Source of the DNA: a virus
Taxonomy: Duplodnaviria > Heunggongvirae > Uroviricota > Caudoviricetes
Virus record (IMG/VR): IMGVR_UViG_2600254997_000018
Strand: one strand, 5' to 3'
Length of the DNA: 12,534 nucleotides
Positions 1-4,638 of the stretch are shown piece by piece. The translations under genes were made by a program, and so were the position numbers. A model generated the notes under the pieces. That model saw nothing but the letters and a program-made list of their open reading frames with translations. It had not been told where the DNA came from and ran no database searches. Within the stretch, counting starts at the first letter, position 1. Every line of letters begins with the position of its first letter.

Positions 1-104
1 CACAGCTCGTTGACAGCCTCTTCACGACTGATTCCAAGGCGAGCTGCCACCACATGTGAAGAGGCTTTTTTCAGTGCTTTCAGTGCGTCAGATACGGTTT
101 CCAT
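1..104 (-). CDS. Hypothetical protein, N-terminal part only (gene runs off the window start)
   Basis: ATG at 104..102 preceded by GGAGGA Shine-Dalgarno (complement of 112-117), 21 nt downstream of the DnaC-like stop. Open frame continues to position 1, N-terminus reads METVSDALKALKKASSHVVAARLGISREEAV. Not in the ORF track because truncated. Confidence 0.3.
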   Translation of the reverse strand, partial: METVSDALKALKKASSHVVAARLGISREEAVNEL

Positions 105-125
105 TAAAATTTCCTCCGGACAAAA

Positions 126-872
126 TTACTTCACAACCCTCATATTGCTGACATTTGGACGCCAGCTATCCCAGTTAAACGTCACCCATCGACCACCGTT
201 CATGGTCATGCGGTCCATAATCCTCTCACCAAGAAGTGTACTCATTGCGGCATGATTCAGGTTTGTTAACATCCCGACACTGCACAGTGATGCTGTCCGG
301 CGATCAATTATCTGGTGTAATACCACCTGCTCGTTTTTCGTCTCACGCTGAACGCCTATTTCATCCAGGACCAGCAAATCAACCCCGCAAAGCTCCTGTA
401 AAAATTTTTCCCCGGACTGGCCGTTGTCGTAGCTGTCATGCAACACACTCATGACGTCAGACACGGTGACGATAATCACGCTGCTCCCCTTCGCCATCAG
501 CCGGTTGCCCATCGCCGCTGCAAGGTGATTTTTCCCGGTGCCGGTTTTACCGCTGAACACAAAATTCGTGCACCCGGTCATCAGTTCGTCAGCGATGGAT
601 TTTGCCTGGCTCAGCGCGTGTTTTTGCCCGTCGTTCTGCACCTGATAATTCGCAAACGAGCATTTGCTGTGCAGAGGCTGGATGCCCGAACGATTCAGGA
701 TTTTTTCCACCCGCAACTGGCGATTCTGGCGGTTAATCTCCTCGCTGCGTTTTCGTCCTTCAGCAAGCTGCCATTCCCGCCACTCCTCCACCGTCCGGTA
801 CGGTGGAACCGCCCCCTGTGGTGCAAGTCTGCGAATACGTTCAAGAACCCCGGCTGCCGCAATGTTTTTCAT
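126..872 (-). CDS. DnaC-like replicative helicase loader (prophage-encoded, IstB-like AAA+ ATPase)
   Basis: 248-aa ORF with Walker A GKTGTGKNHLAAA and Walker B LLVLDEIG. Recalled close similarity along the whole length to E. coli DnaC and to Rac YdaV. GGGGG Shine-Dalgarno upstream of the ATG at 872. Confidence 0.9.
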   Translation of the reverse strand: MKNIAAAGVLERIRRLAPQGAVPPYRTVEEWREWQLAEGRKRSEEINRQNRQLRVEKILNRSGIQPLHSKCSFANYQVQNDGQKHALSQAKSIADELMTGCTNFVFSGKTGTGKNHLAAAMGNRLMAKGSSVIIVTVSDVMSVLHDSYDNGQSGEKFLQELCGVDLLVLDEIGVQRETKNEQVVLHQIIDRRTASLCSVGMLTNLNHAAMSTLLGERIMDRMTMNGGRWVTFNWDSWRPNVSNMRVVK

Positions 873-1355
873 GCCACGTCACCCCCTGAATCCAGGCGGT
901 ATTTCAGTGTCCGGTTCAGAAATGTGATTTACGCAACGCTGCGCGGGCGAACGCCCCAGGCGGATAACCAGTTCATCCCATTTTTCCCGGAGTTTTGCCG
1001 GACTCATGATGTGTTTTTACCCAGAACGAATCCCGCTGGACACGCCCAAACATTTCACAAATCTGCCGGTGACTACGTCCATCCAGCATACGCATCATGC
1101 GCACATCATTCGCCCAGGTCGTCCAGTTAGGTTCTCTGGGGCGTGACACCTCACCATCATCACTGGCGGCCTGTTCATACAACGCCACAACCCGTCCCCA
1201 AATCCACTGCGCACAGGTTCGACATCCTCACGGGTACCCCACTGTCGCTTCGGTACATTCCAGGTATGCGCATCCGGGTGTTTCTCCAGAAATCGCTCAA
1301 CTGGTGATGATTGTTTTTCGTCCGGCAGTGAAACGTCCGGACAAGAAGATCTTTT

Positions 1356-1507
1356 ATCTTGACGGATCAGGTTTTGATACTGACGGATCGGGGTCAATCA
1401 TCGCCCCCCTAATCGGCAGTTTTTTATCAACCGTTGATCCATCAAAATTTGACGGGTCAACCGTTGAGGGGTCAATATTTGACGGGTCAACTGTTAACGG
1501 GTCATTT
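1356..1507. repeat. Iteron-like direct and inverted repeats; putative prophage replication origin inside the initiator gene
   Basis: Core GACGG(G/A)TCA recurs at least 6 times. Two near-identical 30-bp tandem units at 1448-1477 and 1478-1507, two ~21-bp units at 1359-1400, and an AT-rich stretch follows at 1505-1545. Layout resembles lambda ori within gene O. Confidence 0.6.
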
Positions 1508-1768
1508 TTTGTCCGGGCTAATTTTTCTTTTCGGTTTATATGCCTCACGCGCCGCAGTTGCAGCTGCTTCGAGTTTTTCCACATTAAGCCGATAGATATT
1601 GCTTACGTTACGCCCACCGACCTTACGCTCTTCCTTCGTCAGCCAGCCCTCTTTCGCCAGTTCTGCAATAGCAGATTTAACGGTGGATTCACTTCTTGCA
1701 CCGATCTGACGCCGGATAGTTTCAATGGCAGGCCATGACACGCCCTCGTCATTGCTGTAGTCTAGCAA
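1502..1768 (-). CDS. Helix-turn-helix N-terminal segment of a phage replication initiator (O/YdaU-like), apparently truncated
   Basis: 88-aa ORF with HTH-like stretch AIETIRRQIGARSESTVKSAIAELAKEGWL. It starts on TTG with weak Shine-Dalgarno and contains no Met, and it ends at a stop just past a T6 run (1505-1510) inside the iteron array, so it looks like one piece of a longer broken gene. Confidence 0.5.
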   Translation of the reverse strand: MLDYSNDEGVSWPAIETIRRQIGARSESTVKSAIAELAKEGWLTKEERKVGGRNVSNIYRLNVEKLEAAATAAREAYKPKRKISPDKK

Positions 1769-1875
1769 GACGGGCCATAACCGCCACCCTGGATAAGATC
1801 ATGCCGGTGAAGGCGCACCCTTCCCAGACAAGACCATGAAGCTTGCTGCTCATAAAACCCCCGAACACCGTGCTT

Positions 1876-2301
1876 TTAGTGCATCACCACAGCATTCCCT
1901 GCCGGGCCGCCGCGATTCATCTGGTCATACAAAACAACCGCTGACGCAACAAAATCATCGACATCCTTCACCAGCCGATCCCTCCGTTCGACAATCTCAC
2001 GGTAATATTCAGAACTGTGGCTGCGCATACGGGCCACCAGCAGAGGCGGCATTGCCTTTTCGATCGCCGGTAACAGAGCCTGCATTTTTTCAACAGCATC
2101 AGGGGTGTCTTTATCCAGCCAACGGAAAATTTTCTGGGTATTACGAGCCAGGGCTTCCGGATGGCTGTCGTCGTACAGTTCCGGGAACGTCATCCCCAGT
2201 TCGAAATAAGTCCGGGCTATTTCAGCTGCAGGAACTTTCTCACCATCAGGATATGCCCAGGCATTCATCGCCATGCGGATGTGCTCATGTTTGATTTTCA
2301 T
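1876..2301 (-). CDS. ydaT: YdaT-like prophage protein (occupies the CII-like position)
   Basis: 141-aa ORF starting MKIKHEHI, immediately downstream of and overlapping the ydaS-like gene by 17 nt, as in Rac ydaS-ydaT. Assignment is from recalled similarity and synteny. Confidence 0.75.
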   Translation of the reverse strand: MKIKHEHIRMAMNAWAYPDGEKVPAAEIARTYFELGMTFPELYDDSHPEALARNTQKIFRWLDKDTPDAVEKMQALLPAIEKAMPPLLVARMRSHSSEYYREIVERRDRLVKDVDDFVASAVVLYDQMNRGGPAGNAVVMH

Positions 2302-2608
2302 GAATCATTTGCCTCTTGATGCTTCGGGTATGATCGTTTTCGTCATTTGGTTGCTTCATCGACATATTCTGCGAATAACATGACGAGCGTCGTAAGTATG
2401 TCCAATCAACATCAGGACGAAGTTCTTCACACAGGACACCACCTTTTGTTGCTCGTTCAATCGCAGGACATCTCTCAGCAGGCAACTGACGTACACCTTT
2501 GATCCATTGATTTACGCTTGGAGGAGATACACCTAAAAGCCTAGCCATTGCTGATTGCCCACCGACAACAGCACAAGCTCGTTTGAATGAATAGTTATCT
2601 TTTTTCAT
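2285..2608 (-). CDS. ydaS: YdaS-like Cro-type HTH DNA-binding protein
   Basis: Sequence MKKDNYSFKRACAVVGGQSAMARLLGVSPPSVNQWIKGVRQLPAERCPAIERA closely matches recalled Rac YdaS. Start placed at ATG 2608 (GGAG Shine-Dalgarno 8 nt upstream) rather than the track's GTG at 2629. Divergent from the repressor gene. Confidence 0.8.
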   Translation of the reverse strand: MKKDNYSFKRACAVVGGQSAMARLLGVSPPSVNQWIKGVRQLPAERCPAIERATKGGVLCEELRPDVDWTYLRRSSCYSQNMSMKQPNDENDHTRSIKRQMIHENQT

Positions 2609-2629
2609 CGAATGAACTCCAAAAAACAC

Positions 2630-2732
2630 ACAATAATATTAGGCTTAGCCTAATGTGATTGTCAATAGGCTATGCCTAACGATTCGAGAGTAGGGATTGC
2701 CTAACGCGATGCGCATAGGAGACTATTAAGCA
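2630..2732. promoter_or_regulatory. Divergent promoter/operator region between the ydaS-like and repressor genes
   Basis: Three operator-like sites about 26 bp apart: perfect 17-bp palindrome ATTAGGCTTAGCCTAAT (2638-2654), TAGGC-TAT-GCCTA (2666-2678), TAGGG-ATT-GCCTA (2691-2703). AGGAG Shine-Dalgarno at 2716-2720 before the repressor ATG at 2733. Confidence 0.5.
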
Positions 2733-3209
2733 ATGCTTAGTGGTAAAGACTTAGGCCGAGCGATAGAGCAGGCCATTAACAAAAAAATTGCATCAGGAGC
2801 CGTCAAATCAAAGGCGGAAATCGCACGTCATTTCAAAGTCCAACCACCATCAATCCATGACTGGATTAAGAAAGGTTCGATAAGTAAAGACAAACTTCCA
2901 GAACTATGGCGTTTCTTTTCTGATGTGGTTGGTCCAGAGCATTGGGGGCTTAACGAATACCCCATACCAACCCCATCCACTTCAGATACAAAAAGTGAAC
3001 TTTTAGACATAAACAGCCTTTATCAAGCCGCCTCTGATGAAAAAAGAGCAATTGTGGCTTTCCTCTTATCTGGAAATGCTACGGAGCCTAGTTGGGTTGA
3101 TCATGACGTTCGCGCCTACATTGCCGCAATGGAAATGAAGGTAGCTAACTATCTGAAAAATCAAGAATCAAAACGGAAAAGCCAGAACATCACCAAGACA
3201 GGAACTTAA
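2733..3209 (+). CDS. racR: RacR-like prophage repressor (HTH, no recognisable S24 peptidase/LexA-type domain)
   Basis: 158-aa ORF (same length as Rac RacR) with HTH-like stretch SKAEIARHFKVQPPSIHDWIKKGSIS. Divergent from ydaS/ydaT-like genes as in Rac. Identity from synteny, length and recalled similarity, not a search. Confidence 0.65.
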   Translation: MLSGKDLGRAIEQAINKKIASGAVKSKAEIARHFKVQPPSIHDWIKKGSISKDKLPELWRFFSDVVGPEHWGLNEYPIPTPSTSDTKSELLDINSLYQAASDEKRAIVAFLLSGNATEPSWVDHDVRAYIAAMEMKVANYLKNQESKRKSQNITKTGT

Positions 3210-3283
3210 ACTTATATGGTACGACGGGAAATTCCTAGTTCCCGTTAGTTAACTCCTACTACCTCTCCCACAAACCATCACCT

Positions 3284-3346
3284 ATTAGGTCGCACCCAAA
3301 TCATTAGGCGCAGCCTATTGACAGGCAATTAGGCATTTCCTATAGT
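3284..3346 (+). promoter_or_regulatory. Sigma70-like promoter (TTGACA-17-TATAGT) with flanking and embedded TTAGGC operator-like sites; putative promoter of the DUF1391-dicF-dicB operon
   Basis: -35 TTGACA 3318-3323, 17-bp spacer, -10 TATAGT 3341-3346. Palindrome TAGGC-GCA-GCCTA at 3305-3317 abuts the -35, ATTAGGC at 3328-3334 sits in the spacer, and ATTAGG also occurs at 3284-3289. Confidence 0.5.
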
Positions 3347-3527
3347 TTTCCCATACCAACCCATCCCGTCCCACACAATACAGGGCAATACCTAGAGTTA
3401 CCCGGCAGTGGTCAGGGATTAAGTAGCCAGCCCGAGGCGTATGAACATGACGGCGGGAACACTTTGTATAACAGCGCAGCAGGTTTTTAGTTCCGCTACC
3501 CCAGCGTTAAGGGGAAATGAGGTCAGC

Positions 3528-3680
3528 ATGGATACTATCGAGCTTGGCAACAACGAATCTCTGGTATGTGGCGTGTTTCCCAATCAGGACGGCACGTTTA
3601 CCGCGATGACGTATACCAAAAGTAAAACGTTTAAAACCGAAGCTGCCGCGCATCGCTGGTTAGCCAGAAACGCTAACTGA
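3528..3680 (+). CDS. ydfA: DUF1391 small protein (YdfA/YdaF-like)
   Basis: 50-aa product MDTIELGNNESLVCGVFPNQDGTFTAMTYTKSKTFKTE closely matches recalled Qin YdfA. GAGG Shine-Dalgarno 7-8 nt upstream of ATG 3528. The track's 79-aa ORF from 3441 is an in-frame upstream extension. Confidence 0.7.
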   Translation: MDTIELGNNESLVCGVFPNQDGTFTAMTYTKSKTFKTEAAAHRWLARNAN

Positions 3681-3942
3681 TTAGCGCCAGTAAAAACAGG
3701 TTTCCACAGGTTAATTTACCCTGAAAAGTCAGGGCATAACACGAAAGCGCACGGCGAGATCCCTTTGCATATAAGTCTTGTCGTTAAATTTCTTCGACCG
3801 TGCGCTTCTGGTTGTGGCAATCCGCGAAATGGCGCGGCGGTAAGTATGGCGGGGTTATTCCTTCCCCCATTGAGGACACCGGGTTGTCAGGTTGACCATA
3901 CGCTTAAGTGACAACTTCGCTACAACGCCCTCTGCTATCAAT

Positions 3943-3995
3943 TTTCTGGTGACGTTTGGCGGTATCAGTTTTACTCCGTGGCTGCTCTGCCGCCC
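3943..3995 (+). ncRNA. dicF: DicF small RNA homolog (Hfq-dependent ftsZ-targeting sRNA of Qin-type prophages)
   Basis: TTTCTGGTGACGTTTGGCGGTATCAGTTTTACTCCGTGGCTGCTCTGCCGCCC differs at one position (A to G) from the 53-nt K-12 DicF as I recall it. A T5 run follows at 3996-4000. It lies upstream of the dicB-like gene, as in Qin. Confidence 0.85.
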
Positions 3996-4169
3996 TTTTT
4001 AAAGTGAATTTTGTGATGCGGTGAATGCGGCTATGCGCACGCGGAACAGTTAAAACCAAAAACAGTGTTATGGGTGGATTCTCTGTATCCGGCGTTAATT
4101 GTTAACTGGTTAACGTCACCTGGAGGCACCAGGCACTGCATCACAAAATTCATTGTTGAGGACGCGATA

Positions 4170-4358
4170 ATGGAAACGTTATTACCAAACGTTAATACGT
4201 CTGAAGGTTGTTTTGATATTGGTGTTCTGCTCAGTAACCGGGAGTTTACTGAAGATGCCATTAAGATGAGAAAATATGAACCTTATCTTCTCAATGATAA
4301 TTCCATACTTTCCAGAATTGCCCTTCTTGAACTTGGTATTATCGGAGAACAGCAGTGA
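4170..4358 (+). CDS. dicB: DicB-like cell-division inhibitor (MinC-activating small protein)
   Basis: 62-aa product METLLPNVNTSEGCFDIGV... matches K-12 DicB in length and N-terminus as recalled. GAGGA Shine-Dalgarno upstream of ATG 4170. The track ORF 4065-4358 is an upstream in-frame extension. Confidence 0.8.
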   Translation: METLLPNVNTSEGCFDIGVLLSNREFTEDAIKMRKYEPYLLNDNSILSRIALLELGIIGEQQ

Positions 4359-4543
4359 CTTCAGCGTTTGCACTGGTGATGACCGTTTTTCTTATAACGG
4401 GTGAGCCACAAAATGTGATTACCGGAATTTATGCCAGTAAAGAATCCAGCCTCCAGGCAAGAGACGAGCAAAAAATTTCTGGTGAATGCCTACCGGTAAA
4501 AAAAGTATCGCTGTACCTGAATAACGAAACACCGGCTGGATAA
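4355..4543 (+). CDS. Small membrane protein, YdfD-like (Qin lysis-protein position)
   Basis: 62-aa ORF with an N-terminal hydrophobic helix (SAFALVMTVFLITG). GTG start overlaps the dicB-like stop (GTGA) with GGAG Shine-Dalgarno 7 nt upstream; alternative ATG at 4379. Assignment by synteny (gene after dicB in Qin is ydfD). Confidence 0.55.
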   Translation: MTSAFALVMTVFLITGEPQNVITGIYASKESSLQARDEQKISGECLPVKKVSLYLNNETPAG

Positions 4544-4638
4544 CCCGCCAGCTATATTAACGCCATACCAACGGATTAAAAATGCCAGCAATGGCAGGGA
4601 TTCGTTCACCCTGAAATCTGTAATGAGGTTAAAACACA

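Larger units (their letters stand above)
973..1853 (-). pseudogene. Frame-disrupted replication initiator gene (O/YdaU-like) spanning at least four reading-frame segments
   Basis: Protein-like minus-strand segments in different frames: ATG 1853 with GGGGG Shine-Dalgarno (34 codons, stop 1749-1751), then 1768-1502, 1584-1354 (iteron-encoded DPSTVDPSNFDGSTVD repeats), 1397-1095 and 1188-973. Combined length ~290 codons sits between ydaT-like and the DnaC-like gene, where Rac has ydaU. Confidence 0.4.

Noticed and set aside
10-255. Plus-strand ORF of 81 aa at the window start
   Set aside because: Antisense to the DnaC-like 3' end and the downstream minus-strand gene start; no ribosome-binding site and no protein-like features.
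1356-1507. Possible CRISPR array suggested by the short repeats
   Set aside because: Repeats are 10-30 bp, partly inverted, with no regular unique spacers and no cas genes; the iteron/origin reading fits better.
438-1738. Long plus-strand ORFs 438-1130 (230 aa) and 1097-1738 (213 aa)
   Set aside because: Both lie antisense to the DnaC-like gene and the initiator/iteron region. Their products are Arg/His/Pro-rich or iteron-driven low-complexity sequence with no recognisable motifs; they look like antisense artefacts of real minus-strand genes.
1876-2608. ydaS/ydaT-like pair as a toxin-antitoxin system
   Set aside because: An earlier TA proposal for YdaS/YdaT has, as far as I recall, been revised in favour of Cro-like/CII-like regulatory roles; the sequence itself gives no TA signature.
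2828-3010. Minus-strand 60-aa ORF inside the repressor gene
   Set aside because: Fully embedded antisense in a well-supported CDS; no start context.
3441-3680. 79-aa N-terminally extended form of the DUF1391 protein
   Set aside because: The Shine-Dalgarno before ATG 3441 is only 3 nt away, whereas ATG 3528 has a well-spaced GAGG and yields the ~50-aa length typical of the family.
4031-4373. Minus-strand ORFs 4031-4261 and 4182-4373 overlapping the dicB-like gene
   Set aside because: Antisense to the dicB-like gene and its leader in an AT-rich region where spurious ORFs are common.
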